Part shown: one piece after another, positions 25,615-35,016 of the stretch | Layout: each line of letters begins with the position of its first letter | Position numbering within the stretch: position 1 is the first letter of the stretch | Assembly (NCBI GenBank): GCA_937903325.1 | Contig: CALCZR010000059.1 | Location: 232,760-296,759 of the forward strand | Length of the DNA stretch: 64,000 nt | From: an uncultured Candidatus Saccharibacteria bacterium | GTDB taxonomy: Bacteria > Patescibacteriota > Saccharimonadia > Saccharimonadales > AWTP1-31 | Direction: 5' to 3' | Made by a program: the position numbers and the translations under genes | Notes under the pieces: generated by a model | What the model was told of the DNA's origin: nothing | Database searches by the model: none | Seen by the model: only the letters and a program-made list of their open reading frames with translations

Positions 25615-25956
25615 ATGACATTTGATGAATACCAAAAGCAAGCACTGACGACTGCATACACCGATCCGAAGTATGTAGATAGCCTCATGGACAAAACTAT
25701 CTGGGCTATGGGCGTAGCTGGTGAGGCCGGGGAAGTGGTAGAGAAGTGGAAGAAGATCGTTGCCTACAAAGGAGGCAAGGTTAGTGAAGAAGACCGGGCG
25801 GAGCTTGGTAAGGAACTCGGTGATGTTGTCTGGTACATAGCTGTCATGGCTAATAGCTTGGGGCTATCTTTTGACGAAATCATGGAGAAGAATCTCGCTA
25901 AGCTAATGTCACGTAAAGAACGAGATGTTATTAAAGGAGCTGGGGATAATCGCTAG
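25615..25956 (+). CDS. MazG-like nucleotide pyrophosphohydrolase
   Basis: SD GAGAGGAG. YQKQALTTA...GEAGEVVEKWKK...ELGDVVWYIAVMANSLGLSFDEIMEKNLAKL. Confidence 0.8.
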   Translation: MTFDEYQKQALTTAYTDPKYVDSLMDKTIWAMGVAGEAGEVVEKWKKIVAYKGGKVSEEDRAELGKELGDVVWYIAVMANSLGLSFDEIMEKNLAKLMSRKERDVIKGAGDNR

Positions 25957-25997
25957 TCGTTGAAGCTCATATCCTCAAGCAGAAGAAAGTTACTGAT

Positions 25998-26705
25998 ATG
26001 ATACTTGATACCCATTTCGAACACTTACAAAAGCAAGATGAGATCCTTGTATGGGATCCTGAAGCGAGAGTATTTGTTGTGGCCGGTAAGGATTTCGAAA
26101 ATCCTGCAATATTCCAAGATTTCCGACCCTCTGTACTAACGGGACTTAGCCAGATTCTTGGCCGCAACATAGACCGACATTCTAATGAAGATGCTTCTAT
26201 TGCCCGGTGGTACGAACCGGATCCGGATGCTGCATTTAGTCCGCGGCCAATGGACATAACGGTAAGTGCTAACAATGGGAGAGTAGGTGCCTACTTAAAT
26301 ACTGAAACCATGCGGTGGCTTGCAGCGCAGCAGGACTGGGAAGAGCCAGTAGCTGAGGCCATGACTACAGTACTGGGCTACACCCATATGGATAGCCGTT
26401 CTGCTTTGGCTTCACTTCTTGAGCTAAACTTTAACACGCAAAGGGGACGGGTTGGCGTAAGGGGTGAGCCGCTCACCGGAACGCCGGAAGGGCTTGATCT
26501 TGTCGCTCCACGGCTTTGGCTTAGCGAAAGTCATTGTCGCTTGAATATGACAGATGGTGAGGACTGGGATGTTGTAGGTGTAAATGGTGGCGTAGATCTA
26601 CGGAGCTACAAACGGTCAGGGTGGGAAGAGAACCTTCCGCTGTTGGCTGGTGCAGCTGCTATTAATACTTTGATAATTCGTGATGTAATAGGAGCAGGAG
26701 AATAA
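25998..26705 (+). CDS. Hypothetical protein
   Basis: 235-aa ORF that packs cleanly between neighbours. No recognised motif. Confidence 0.5.
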   Translation: MILDTHFEHLQKQDEILVWDPEARVFVVAGKDFENPAIFQDFRPSVLTGLSQILGRNIDRHSNEDASIARWYEPDPDAAFSPRPMDITVSANNGRVGAYLNTETMRWLAAQQDWEEPVAEAMTTVLGYTHMDSRSALASLLELNFNTQRGRVGVRGEPLTGTPEGLDLVAPRLWLSESHCRLNMTDGEDWDVVGVNGGVDLRSYKRSGWEENLPLLAGAAAINTLIIRDVIGAGE

Positions 26706-26706
26706 T

Positions 26707-27171
26707 ATGCAACAAGTAGAAGAACTAATCCGTGAATATCTAAAGACTAATAACGTAATCCAGCTGGCTACCTGTGTAGATAACAAGCCATGGCTGTGTA
26801 ATGTGCACTTCTATGCAGATGACGACCTCAATATCTATTGGCGCAGTACTACTGAGCGACGTCACTCTAAAGAGATTGCTCAGAACCCTAATGTGGCAGC
26901 AGTAATAAAGGTGCACGAGAATACCCCGGAAGAAAACTACATTATTGGCATGTCCGTAGAAGGCACAGCAGAGCTAATCGCAGAAGCCACTGACCATGCA
27001 GTAGTAGACGCATATGCTGCGAAGCACGACAAAGATAGTAAGGCAGTTATCGCCATGAAAGACGGAACAGATACAGCAAAGTTTTATCGAATCACTCCTA
27101 AGAGCTTTGTAGTCTTTAGTACTCGTGACTTTGAAGGAAATCCACGGGTAGAGTGGAGAGTAGGCGAATAG
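26707..27171 (+). CDS. Pyridoxamine 5'-phosphate oxidase-like (FMN-binding split barrel) protein
   Basis: IQLATCVDNKPWLCNVHFYADDDLNIYWRSTTERRHSKEI is typical of PNPOx/general stress protein 26-like proteins. Confidence 0.65.
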   Translation: MQQVEELIREYLKTNNVIQLATCVDNKPWLCNVHFYADDDLNIYWRSTTERRHSKEIAQNPNVAAVIKVHENTPEENYIIGMSVEGTAELIAEATDHAVVDAYAAKHDKDSKAVIAMKDGTDTAKFYRITPKSFVVFSTRDFEGNPRVEWRVGE

Positions 27172-27669
27172 ATGCGCGTCACGTTGATGAACGCTATTAG
27201 TGTGGATGGTTTTATAGCAAAACCGGATGGTGATTCTGACTGGGTCGTGGACGACGACCAGTTTGACGCTGCAATAGCTGAGTTTGGCTGCTTGCTTATT
27301 GGTCACAATACGTTTAAGCAGTACGAGGGTGATCTATACCCCATAGACGGAGCGGTGACATTTGTATATTCTAGTGTGCCCACAGAAAGTACGTATGAAA
27401 ACGTGAAGTTTGTAACTGGAACGCCGCAGGAAGTATTAGACAAGATTACGACTGCCGGGTTTAATAAGGTACTGCTTGCTGGTGGTGGGAAGGTGAACGG
27501 AAGCTTTGCTAAAGCTGGCCTTATCACCGAGATGATTCTAGACGTTCATCCGTTGGTTCTAGGCGATGGTATAAAGTTACTTGGTGACTTTAGTGGTCAG
27601 CTTGGCCTAGAGTTTGTCGGTCAAAAGAATTTTGAGCAGTTTATTCAGTTGCACTATAAGACAAACTAG
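27172..27669 (+). CDS. Dihydrofolate reductase-like / RibD C-terminal domain protein
   Basis: MRVTLMNAISVDGFIAKPDGDSDWV...LLAGGGKVNGSFAKAGLITEMILDVHPLVLGDG. The ATG directly abuts the upstream TAG. Confidence 0.7.
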   Translation: MRVTLMNAISVDGFIAKPDGDSDWVVDDDQFDAAIAEFGCLLIGHNTFKQYEGDLYPIDGAVTFVYSSVPTESTYENVKFVTGTPQEVLDKITTAGFNKVLLAGGGKVNGSFAKAGLITEMILDVHPLVLGDGIKLLGDFSGQLGLEFVGQKNFEQFIQLHYKTN

Positions 27670-27708
27670 GTGTCGATTACCCCTCTAGCTGTTTAGCTGT
27701 GTAGAAGA

Positions 27709-27714
27709 TATAAT
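27709..27714 (+). promoter_or_regulatory. -10 hexamer TATAAT, 7 nt upstream of the ATG at 27722
   Basis: TATAAT followed by CACGGTA and then ATG. Confidence 0.4.
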
Positions 27715-27721
27715 CACGGTA

Positions 27722-28117
27722 ATGCTAGATATTAATGCCGACAGTCGCATCTACTCTACCTTAGTTATCTCTGCTGGAATCTTTGTTCTAGTGCTCATCG
27801 GTCTTGCTATTCGTCGTCATGGCCAGAAAGTAGTCAATGTTACTCAGAATCAGGCGAATACGCAGCAGGGACGAGTGATGCAGACTTTGCTAGCTGGCCT
27901 TGCCATACTGCAATCCGCGGTCGTGTTCCTAGGTAGCGGAAAGTTATTCCCGGGTCTTGCGGCTAGTCTTGGTATCGTCGTGCTGTGGCCATTTCTTGCA
28001 GGATGCGTTCTGCTGGCTTACCGCGGGTACAAAACGGCCGCTACTTCTGGATGGATAGCTATCCTTGTTGCCGAGAATATACTCCTTGGCAGGATTCTAT
28101 TTGGGATATTTGGCTAG
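27722..28117 (+). CDS. Small integral membrane protein
   Basis: 131 aa with four hydrophobic segments. Confidence 0.55.
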   Translation: MLDINADSRIYSTLVISAGIFVLVLIGLAIRRHGQKVVNVTQNQANTQQGRVMQTLLAGLAILQSAVVFLGSGKLFPGLAASLGIVVLWPFLAGCVLLAYRGYKTAATSGWIAILVAENILLGRILFGIFG

Positions 28118-29409
28118 GCTTTAAATTCTTTTCTGAGCCACTCATCCAGGCTGTCGCCACCACCACCGGCCATACCAACTACCATGACACCTTGGTCTAG
28201 GTATCCCTGTATGGCTGCTTTGAGCTTGTCGTCTCGTTCCATGGGAACTGCAAGCTTAGGGTCGGGCAAGTGACTAATAAGTTCTTCGGGTGGGATTATC
28301 CGTTGGTTGGGGTCTTCACGGGCTAGGTAGCTGGGGATCCAGATAACTTGTTTAGCTCCAGCAAAGCAGTCTTGGTAATCATCCAGCATATAGTGCTGGC
28401 GGCGGTTGGTTAGGCCTTCGTAGACCACGATGACGTCTTGGTTCTTCTCGGCTGCCATTTCCAGTGCTACCGATAGGCCGCCCCGGATCTTCTCGGGTGT
28501 GTGCGCGTAGTCACTGTACAGGTTTGGGATAAGCTGCTCCATACGGCGCTGCAGGCCAGGGAACTTGCTCATGATCGGGATCAGTTCTTTGACGGGAGTC
28601 TTAGTAAGTTCATGTACACCCTGGATAACCAACCAAGCGTCTAGTCTAGTAAACCGGCCAGGCAGCGTGACGTCGTTTATATGGGGGTGGTCGGAATCAA
28701 GTACGTCCATGTGAGTCGTGCCGGTAAGGCCGAGATAGTCGTAGTCTTCCTGCCATAGTAAGGTGTGCTTGCTTTGACCCATGAATTCCTTAAAGGCTTC
28801 TTGGTAGTCCTCACGGGTAGGGAAGATCTCGTGGTGGTCCCAGCTCACACCCGTGATAAGGCTGAGGTGTGGTTCGTAGGCCAGGAAGTTACGGTCAAAC
28901 TCATCGCATTCGTAGACAAAGTACTTACTGGTTGGGTCAAAGTGGCCCATGTCAGCAAAGCTAGTTTTAGCGGGCAATATGTAACTGACGGGCACCTTTA
29001 ACTGCGTAAGTAGCCAGACGGTCATGGCAGTCGTTGTGGTCTTGCCGTGGGTACCAGCAATGGCCACCATTTGCTGTTTCTTGTCAGTGAGTATCTGGTT
29101 AAGGAGTTCGTCTCGTTTGCTGTGCTTAATATCCTGATCTTTTACGAACAATAGTTCAGGAGCGTCGGCGTTTTCTTTCTCTACGGCAGAGGAGTAGACA
29201 TACCAATCAATCGGAGTTTCATTATGGATCTTAGCAATGGCTTCTTCTGTTTGGCCAATATGTACAGTGGTTATTCCGTGCTTCTTTAGATAGCTAATAT
29301 ACTGTGAATCTTGCTTGTCGCTACCACTAACAGTGTAGCCCGCTTGCTGGGCAGCCATGGCCAAGGGGCCAATACCAGCGCCACCGATGCCTGAGAAAAA
29401 GATATGCAT
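28114..29409 (-). CDS. Mur ligase family enzyme (MurC/Mpl-type UDP-N-acetylmuramate ligase)
   Basis: N-terminal Rossmann motif FFSGIGGAGIGPLAMAAQQAGYTVSGSD. ATP-binding P-loop AIAGTHGKTTTTAM. ECDEFDRNF. Confidence 0.75.
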   Translation of the reverse strand: MHIFFSGIGGAGIGPLAMAAQQAGYTVSGSDKQDSQYISYLKKHGITTVHIGQTEEAIAKIHNETPIDWYVYSSAVEKENADAPELLFVKDQDIKHSKRDELLNQILTDKKQQMVAIAGTHGKTTTTAMTVWLLTQLKVPVSYILPAKTSFADMGHFDPTSKYFVYECDEFDRNFLAYEPHLSLITGVSWDHHEIFPTREDYQEAFKEFMGQSKHTLLWQEDYDYLGLTGTTHMDVLDSDHPHINDVTLPGRFTRLDAWLVIQGVHELTKTPVKELIPIMSKFPGLQRRMEQLIPNLYSDYAHTPEKIRGGLSVALEMAAEKNQDVIVVYEGLTNRRQHYMLDDYQDCFAGAKQVIWIPSYLAREDPNQRIIPPEELISHLPDPKLAVPMERDDKLKAAIQGYLDQGVMVVGMAGGGGDSLDEWLRKEFKA

Positions 29410-29415
29410 ACATAC

Positions 29416-29421
29416 AGTTTA
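29416..29421 (-). promoter_or_regulatory. -10-like hexamer TAAACT, 6 nt upstream of the Mur ligase ATG
   Basis: Reverse complement is TAAACT, followed by GTATGT and then ATG (29409). Confidence 0.4.
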
Positions 29422-29532
29422 GCATTGCCGCATTTGTGATCCGCATCACTAAGGACGAGCCCTGTTGGTCTAGTGCTGATAACAAACCTAGTAAAGTAAG
29501 CCTAAGGAATATTCTGCCAGGACTAGAGGCTG

Positions 29533-29538
29533 TATAGT
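29533..29538 (+). promoter_or_regulatory. -10-like hexamer TATAGT, 7 nt upstream of the ATG at 29546
   Basis: TATAGT followed by ACAGCTC and then ATG. Confidence 0.35.
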
Positions 29539-29545
29539 ACAGCTC

Positions 29546-29929
29546 ATGGCCAAGTATCGGGTTACTCTACCAACCAATCTCAAACCATCTCCAGCTCGTT
29601 ATGAACTTAGTGCGGCCCAACTGCTCGCTGAATACTTTAAGACTGATGTTGAGTTTATACCCCGATCTAATCTTAAGACACCAGACTTCTTGATCGATGG
29701 AGTTAAGTGGGAGTTGAAGAGTCCGACTGGTGATGGCAAGCGAAACATTGAACGGCAACTACAGATCTGTATTAAGCAGTCGAAGCATATTATATTCGAT
29801 GCTCGTCGCTCCAGATTACACATAACCAAGATCAAGAACGTTCTTAACTACCAATTCCGATTGGCAAAGAGTATTAAACGATTGCTACTGATCGATAAGA
29901 GTAAAAACGTTATTGAGCTCACAAGGTAG
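29546..29929 (+). CDS. Small protein with a PD-(D/E)xK-like nuclease motif
   Basis: 127 aa. ...KTPDFLIDGVKWELKSP... gives D-x(n)-E-x-K spacing preceded by E...A..L. AT-rich surroundings. No partner gene recognised. Confidence 0.35.
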   Translation: MAKYRVTLPTNLKPSPARYELSAAQLLAEYFKTDVEFIPRSNLKTPDFLIDGVKWELKSPTGDGKRNIERQLQICIKQSKHIIFDARRSRLHITKIKNVLNYQFRLAKSIKRLLLIDKSKNVIELTR

Positions 29930-30108
29930 TCCATGTTATACTTTATGCATTGAAGGCTCGACAGCGTTGGATTACGCAGGTTCTGAACCTTCTTTTTTTT
30001 ATGATCTGAATTTTGATGCTATCCCGGGCTGGGGTTGTCAGTATCTAATACTCCTTAGTGCTGGTCCATTAGCAGATTAGTGATCTGTACTTACGGCTGT
30101 TGAATCGG

Positions 30109-30114
30109 TAGTAT
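30109..30114 (+). promoter_or_regulatory. -10-like hexamer TAGTAT, 7 nt upstream of the ATG at 30122
   Basis: TAGTAT followed by AAAGCTA and then ATG. Confidence 0.35.
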
Positions 30115-30121
30115 AAAGCTA

Positions 30122-30733
30122 ATGGATAAAAAGTGGTTTAAGCATCTCTACAAAATCCTGAAGCACGTAAACCTGTGGGCCTTTTTGGTAGTAGCAGTGG
30201 TCAGTGCTGTTGTTTGTGCGTTGGCACTGCGTAACAACAACCTGACAGCACTAAAGCTCCGAGATAACGTCATTCAGGTAGATAAAGATAATGGGGACGT
30301 GGAGAAGGCTCTGCGGGAGCTGAGGGAGTATATGTACGCCCATATGAACACCGACCTGACGGCAGGGGACAGTGGCATCCAGCAACCTATTCAGTTGAAG
30401 TACCGCTACGAACGGCTCGTTAAGGCCGAGCAGGACCGTCTGAGCGTGGAAAACACTAAGATATATACCGAAGCGCAGGCAGAATGTGAAAAACGTTTCC
30501 CAGTAGGTCTATCGGGCAGTGGACGCATTCCATGCATCACGGAGTACGTATCTGCCCGTGGGGTACAGCAGAAATCCATACCAGATAGTTTCTACAAATT
30601 TAACTTTGTATCTCCTCCATGGTCCCCAGATCTGGCCGGTTGGAGTCTGGTGCTGGCGAGCATTTCCTTTGCCTTATTCGTGCTCCGTTTTGGCATGGAG
30701 CGGTGGGTTAAGGCCGAGCTCCACGATCTGTAA
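30122..30733 (+). CDS. Hypothetical membrane protein (N- and C-terminal TM helices)
   Basis: 203 aa. LWAFLVVAVVSAVVCALAL and GWSLVLASISFALFVL flank a soluble domain. Confidence 0.55.
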   Translation: MDKKWFKHLYKILKHVNLWAFLVVAVVSAVVCALALRNNNLTALKLRDNVIQVDKDNGDVEKALRELREYMYAHMNTDLTAGDSGIQQPIQLKYRYERLVKAEQDRLSVENTKIYTEAQAECEKRFPVGLSGSGRIPCITEYVSARGVQQKSIPDSFYKFNFVSPPWSPDLAGWSLVLASISFALFVLRFGMERWVKAELHDL

Positions 30734-30850
30734 TACACATATTTTTACAGGGGTAACACCGGTCAAAGTGTTAAATGTTATTGACAGGTGGGAAGCCACC
30801 GGAGTATGTTAGTGATGCACTACTAACGTTTAAGAGAGGGAGCAAAAATA

Positions 30851-31048
30851 ATGGCTTACAAGCACACAAACTCAAAGGGTGTTACTTACTACCTAAACTC
30901 AAAGGCAGTTGTCCTTCGTGGTGGTAAAGAACAGACTATCTACTACTTCAGCAAAGATTCACGACCAGAAGCTACTGACCTACCAGCAGGCATGGAAGTA
31001 AACGAAAACCCACGTAACGGTTTTCTTACCGTTAAGCGAACTAAGTAA
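30851..31048 (+). CDS. Small basic hypothetical protein
   Basis: 65 aa. SD GAGAGGGAG. Followed by a strong terminator. Confidence 0.5.
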   Translation: MAYKHTNSKGVTYYLNSKAVVLRGGKEQTIYYFSKDSRPEATDLPAGMEVNENPRNGFLTVKRTK

Positions 31049-31070
31049 TTAGATTTACTTTGAGCGAATC

Positions 31071-31101
31071 CGACCCGGGCACCCCCTGGGTCGTTTTCTT
31101 T
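31071..31101 (+). terminator. Rho-independent terminator
   Basis: CGACCCGGG-CACCC-CCTGGGTCG (9-bp stem including one G-U pair, 5-nt loop) followed by TTTTCTTT. Confidence 0.65.
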
Positions 31102-31166
31102 GCTCATTTTTATCCTGCAAGGCTAAAGACTTAACACGTTAAGACTCCTGGTATATAGTGGTTGGT

Positions 31167-31934
31167 ATGATAAAAAAAGATGAAGTTATTCTTGAGGTTG
31201 TCGGCCTCACCAAGAAGTACGACGACAAAACGGTAGTTAAAGGTATTAGCTTTGAAGTAAAGCGTGGCGAGATCTTCGGTATCCTGGGTCCGAACGGAGC
31301 AGGTAAGACGACTACGTTGGAGATGATTGAGACCCTTCGCCACATTGACGGCGGTACGGCGACTATCGACGGTGTGGACGTAGCCAGCAATCCGTACGAA
31401 ATCCGGGGCATGATTGGTGTGCAGCCACAGACGCCTGGGTTCCAGGACAAGACCAAGCTCACTGAACTTATCCAGATGTTTGCTGCAGCATACGGCGAAA
31501 AAGTGAACCCAAAGAAGTTCTTGGATGAGGTTAACCTGGGCGACAAAGCAGATAGCTACGTAGAACAGCTTTCTGGTGGCCAGAAGCAACGCTTTAGTAT
31601 TGTTGCCGCTCTGGTGCATAGTCCCAAAGTATTCTTCCTAGACGAGCCCACCACTGGTCTTGACCCACAGGCTCGTCGTAACCTGTGGAAGCTAATCGAA
31701 GAAGTGCGAGACCGGGGTATTAGTGTGATCCTGACCACTCACTATATGGACGAGGCAGAGATTCTGTGTGACCGCATTGCCATTATGGATAACGGTAAGA
31801 TTATCGCCCTCGATACGCCAAAGAACCTTATCAAGGACCTACTAAAGAAAGGCTTCAAGAAAGCCACCAAGGTAGAGCAGGCAAATCTAGAAGATGTATT
31901 TATTGAAATGACCGGGAAGGGGTTATCTGTATGA
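31167..31934 (+). CDS. ABC transporter ATP-binding protein
   Basis: Walker A GPNGAGKTT, signature LSGGQKQR, Walker B FFLDEPTTGLD, H-loop TTHYM. ATG at 31167 is preferred over GTG at 31158. Confidence 0.85.
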   Translation: MIKKDEVILEVVGLTKKYDDKTVVKGISFEVKRGEIFGILGPNGAGKTTTLEMIETLRHIDGGTATIDGVDVASNPYEIRGMIGVQPQTPGFQDKTKLTELIQMFAAAYGEKVNPKKFLDEVNLGDKADSYVEQLSGGQKQRFSIVAALVHSPKVFFLDEPTTGLDPQARRNLWKLIEEVRDRGISVILTTHYMDEAEILCDRIAIMDNGKIIALDTPKNLIKDLLKKGFKKATKVEQANLEDVFIEMTGKGLSV

Positions 31935-33049
31935 GTTTACGCCGACAATTCTTTACCGTTTGGGTATTCTTTGTAACTAACTTTAAGCGACTGTTCCGTG
32001 ATACGACAGCGCTATTCTTTACCTTTCTGTTTCCCATGATCTTCCTGTTTGTGTTTGGCTTCGCCAACAAAAACGGAGGAGTGTCTTTCCGTGTAGCTTT
32101 GCTGGATGAATCCAAGACCCCTTCTGCTGTGCAGTTCGTAGAAGCATTGGGCAAGCAAGACGTGCTCAAGGTAGATAAAGAGGTGACTAACCTCGATAAA
32201 GCCAAGGAAAAGATGAAGCGTGGCCAACTGGACGCAGCCATTATGCTACCTGGTAGCTTCGGGCAGACTAAGCAGGGTGCAAACGTTCCAAGTGGAGAGG
32301 CTAAAGTAGTCTACACCCAAAACGGTGCACAAGCAGGCCAAGCTATCCAGTCAATCCTACAAGGACAGTACTTCTCGCAGATAAATAACGGACTAGTTAA
32401 GACCACGACGCCGTTTACGGCCAAGGCTGAGCAGCTCAACGAAAAGAGTTTGTCGTCCTTTGACTATGCCTTTGCAGGGCTACTGGGTTTTGCAATCTTG
32501 GGTTCTGGTATCTTTGGTCCTATTAACATCTTCCCAGAACTTAAGAAGCAGGGAATTCTCAGGCGACTTCACACCACACCACTGCGTTCGTGGCAGTACT
32601 TCCTATCTGTCATGATGGGTAACGCTGTTGTTGGCCTTATGACTCTTGGCCTGATGTTCGCCGTCGCTATGTCGCCACTGTTCCATCTGAAGGTGGCTGG
32701 TAACTTCTTTGAGCTAGCCATCTTCTTAGTCTTTAGTATCGTGCTGATCCTCGGCATTGGCCTCAGTATCGGTGGTTGGGCTAAGAACGAACGTCAGGCT
32801 GCACCACTGGCTAACATTATTGTCTTCCCCATGATGTTCCTGTCAGGTACCTTCTTCCCTCGTTTCGCTATGCCGGGTTGGCTACAAGGAGTAACAAACT
32901 TCTTCCCACTCACTCCGGTTATTGATGGCGCACGCCTCATTGCTACCGAAGGTCAGCACCTGAGCCAAATGGGCCCACAGCTGGGTATTATGGCTATCTG
33001 GTTAGTAGTGATCTACGCTATTGCGTTCCGTGTTTTCCGCTGGGAATAG
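31931..33049 (+). CDS. ABC-2 type transporter permease
   Basis: ATGA overlap with the ATPase gene. One N-terminal TM helix, a large extracytoplasmic loop and five C-terminal TM helices, which is the typical ABC-2 exporter layout. Confidence 0.8.
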   Translation: MSLRRQFFTVWVFFVTNFKRLFRDTTALFFTFLFPMIFLFVFGFANKNGGVSFRVALLDESKTPSAVQFVEALGKQDVLKVDKEVTNLDKAKEKMKRGQLDAAIMLPGSFGQTKQGANVPSGEAKVVYTQNGAQAGQAIQSILQGQYFSQINNGLVKTTTPFTAKAEQLNEKSLSSFDYAFAGLLGFAILGSGIFGPINIFPELKKQGILRRLHTTPLRSWQYFLSVMMGNAVVGLMTLGLMFAVAMSPLFHLKVAGNFFELAIFLVFSIVLILGIGLSIGGWAKNERQAAPLANIIVFPMMFLSGTFFPRFAMPGWLQGVTNFFPLTPVIDGARLIATEGQHLSQMGPQLGIMAIWLVVIYAIAFRVFRWE

Positions 33050-33107
33050 TGGTCTAGTAGTAGTATTTCATATAGCTAAATCAAGAAAAGTAAGCTTTAC
33101 TGGTTAT

Positions 33108-33350
33108 ATGGACGAAACACCTAATAACCCAGATACACCCAACAATGTAGTGCCTATCGAAGATGGGCAGTCTCAAGAGGGAGTGAGCACATATATTCCT
33201 TCTTCCGATGCAATGCCAGATAATCCGTACGACCATGGAGATGACCAAGGGCTAATCCCTAAGGGCTCTATTGGCATCCCGACCCCTATAGCGCCACCAC
33301 AACCAGAGCAGCCTGCCGAGCAACCCAGGCAACACCCAAGTGCAGGGTAG
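33108..33350 (+). CDS. Small acidic Pro-rich hypothetical protein
   Basis: Start placed at MDETPNNPD, the first Met after the upstream gene's stop. Low complexity. Confidence 0.35.
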   Translation: MDETPNNPDTPNNVVPIEDGQSQEGVSTYIPSSDAMPDNPYDHGDDQGLIPKGSIGIPTPIAPPQPEQPAEQPRQHPSAG

Positions 33351-33389
33351 TATATAGTCAACAGTATTGCCAAATAAGCAAAAATATGC

Positions 33390-33395
33390 TAATGT
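33390..33395 (+). promoter_or_regulatory. -10-like hexamer TAATGT, 6 nt upstream of the ATG at 33402
   Basis: TAATGT followed by GTAATT and then ATG. Confidence 0.3.
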
Positions 33396-33401
33396 GTAAT
33401 T

Positions 33402-33740
33402 ATGCAAACATTAGCACCTTCTGCAGCCTGCCCGGAACGTTCACCATACCAAGATCTTGGTGGTTTTGAGCCAGCCCCAAAAGGTACTCCTTCCATGTAC
33501 GATGAGCTTACGCGAATGGCTCAGACTGACTATTCTACAAACCCTGGCGTTACCGTTAACCATTCAAATGTCACTTCTCCTACAGATGTCAGAGTAATAC
33601 TTGCTAACCGAGATGAGCTCAGTGTCGGTCAGGTTATGCTGGCAGATCACCAAGGACGTGTTGCTGTCACCGAGCAAACAGACCAGGCCTATCGAGAACA
33701 AGCCCAACAGGCTCTTCGTGATTTCCACGACGTTGCCTAA
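33402..33740 (+). CDS. Hypothetical protein
   Basis: 112-aa ORF. No recognised motif. Confidence 0.45.
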   Translation: MQTLAPSAACPERSPYQDLGGFEPAPKGTPSMYDELTRMAQTDYSTNPGVTVNHSNVTSPTDVRVILANRDELSVGQVMLADHQGRVAVTEQTDQAYREQAQQALRDFHDVA

Positions 33741-33771
33741 GTTCTATTAGCATTACAGGGGTAGGGTAAGG

Positions 33772-33777
33772 TAAAAT
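33772..33777 (+). promoter_or_regulatory. -10-like hexamer TAAAAT, 6 nt upstream of the dus ATG
   Basis: TAAAAT followed by AACGAG and then ATG (33784). Confidence 0.4.
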
Positions 33778-33783
33778 AACGAG

Positions 33784-34755
33784 ATGTCTATTACAAAGCT
33801 AACCGAACTACCCAAGCCATTCTTTGTATTGGCCCCTATGGACGATGTTACTGACACGGTCTTTCGGCAGATCATCTCAGAGACTGCTGCGCCCGATTTG
33901 TACTTTACGGAGTTCGTGAACGTAGACGGGCTGCAAAGTCCGGGCAGGGAAAAGCTGATTCATAAGCTTCAGTTTACGGATGCAGAACGCCCCCTTATCG
34001 CTCAGGTGTGGGGCAAGAATCCAGAGAATTATTACAAGACAGCCAAAGAGATTAAGGAAATGGGCTTTGCTGGAATAGACATCAATATGGGGTGCCCAGC
34101 TAAACCAGTCTTCCAAAATGGCTGTTGCTCAGCACTGATAAATAACAGAGAGCTAACAGGGGAGATATTGAAGGCGGTTAGGGAAGGGGTAGGCCCTGAC
34201 TTCCCTGTCAGTGTAAAAACTCGATTGGGCTTCGGGCAAGTAGATCTTTCGTGGCATGAGTTCTTATTATCGCATAAACTTAACATGTTAACTATACATG
34301 GCCGAACCGTGAAAGAAATGTCTAAAGTACCTGCTCATTGGGATCTCATTGGCGAGGTTGCAAAGCTGCGCACTTCCCTTGCCCCGGATACCTTAATCGT
34401 TGGTAATGGTGACGTCGAAAGTCACGCCCAAGGATTAGAGCTTGCTAAACAATACGGGCTAGACGGCATTATGGTTGGTCGCGGTATCTTCCACGATCCA
34501 TATGTATTTGCGGAGCAGAGCCCATGGGCAGAGATGAACAAGAACCAGAAAATTGACCTGTATACCAAACACGTGCAACTATTCCTGGAAACATGGGGAA
34601 CTGAGAACTCTGCTCGCAGGCTAGTGACACTCAACAAATTCTGTAAGATCTACATAGAAGGCTTCCCTGGCGCTAAAGAACTTCGCGAACGACTCATGGC
34701 TACCGAATCCATTCCTGAACTACTCGAGCTACTAGAACAGTCTCGAACAAACTAG
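33784..34755 (+). CDS. dus: tRNA-dihydrouridine synthase
   Basis: LAPMDDVTDTVFRQI...AQVWGKNPE...GIDINMGCPA...VKTRLG...LTIHGRT...GNGDV. Confidence 0.85.
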   Translation: MSITKLTELPKPFFVLAPMDDVTDTVFRQIISETAAPDLYFTEFVNVDGLQSPGREKLIHKLQFTDAERPLIAQVWGKNPENYYKTAKEIKEMGFAGIDINMGCPAKPVFQNGCCSALINNRELTGEILKAVREGVGPDFPVSVKTRLGFGQVDLSWHEFLLSHKLNMLTIHGRTVKEMSKVPAHWDLIGEVAKLRTSLAPDTLIVGNGDVESHAQGLELAKQYGLDGIMVGRGIFHDPYVFAEQSPWAEMNKNQKIDLYTKHVQLFLETWGTENSARRLVTLNKFCKIYIEGFPGAKELRERLMATESIPELLELLEQSRTN

Positions 34756-34889
34756 CCTCTTCTACTTACTCATCCGAGATTTTCTTCTTGGTATGTAACA
34801 TGTCACGTCCGTTAGGTTCTTTACAGATTTACGACACGTTATTTCCTACAATAGAAACTGCCAAACAAAGCTAACGAAAGGAGGCTTAT

Positions 34890-34985
34890 ATGGCAGAACG
34901 ACGTAATGGAAAGGTGAAACAAGGAACAGCGTTTAGTAGCGCCATACACTTGAATCGCCAGGGGGATACGCGGGCAGGCCTTTAA
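34890..34985 (+). CDS. Candidate 31-aa small ORF (not in the supplied track)
   Basis: AAAGGAGG, 5 nt, then ATG. MAERRNGKVKQGTAFSSAIHLNRQGDTRAGL. The TAA lies in the loop of the 13-bp hairpin. No homology known to me. Confidence 0.2.
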   Translation: MAERRNGKVKQGTAFSSAIHLNRQGDTRAGL

Positions 34986-35008
34986 GCGGGTGCCATGCCC
35001 GCGTATCC
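34964..35008 (+). other. Perfect 13-bp inverted repeat (hairpin) in a 310-bp intergenic region
   Basis: GGATACGCGGGCA (34964-34976) pairs with TGCCCGCGTATCC (34996-35008). The 19-nt loop contains an extra GGC/GCC pair. Confidence 0.6.
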
Positions 35009-35016
35009 AAGAAAAT

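Noticed and set aside
29951-30001. Possible terminator or tRNA-like fragment (GAAGG...GGTTCTGAACCTTC followed by T8) after 29546-29929
   Set aside because: Only a 5-bp stem with a roughly 31-nt loop can be drawn, and the T-arm-like segment has a mismatch. The T8 tract alone is not sufficient evidence.
31131-31738. Minus-strand ORFs 31131-31619, 31139-31546 and 31556-31738
   Set aside because: They are antisense to the ABC ATPase gene, which has unambiguous Walker A, signature and Walker B motifs.
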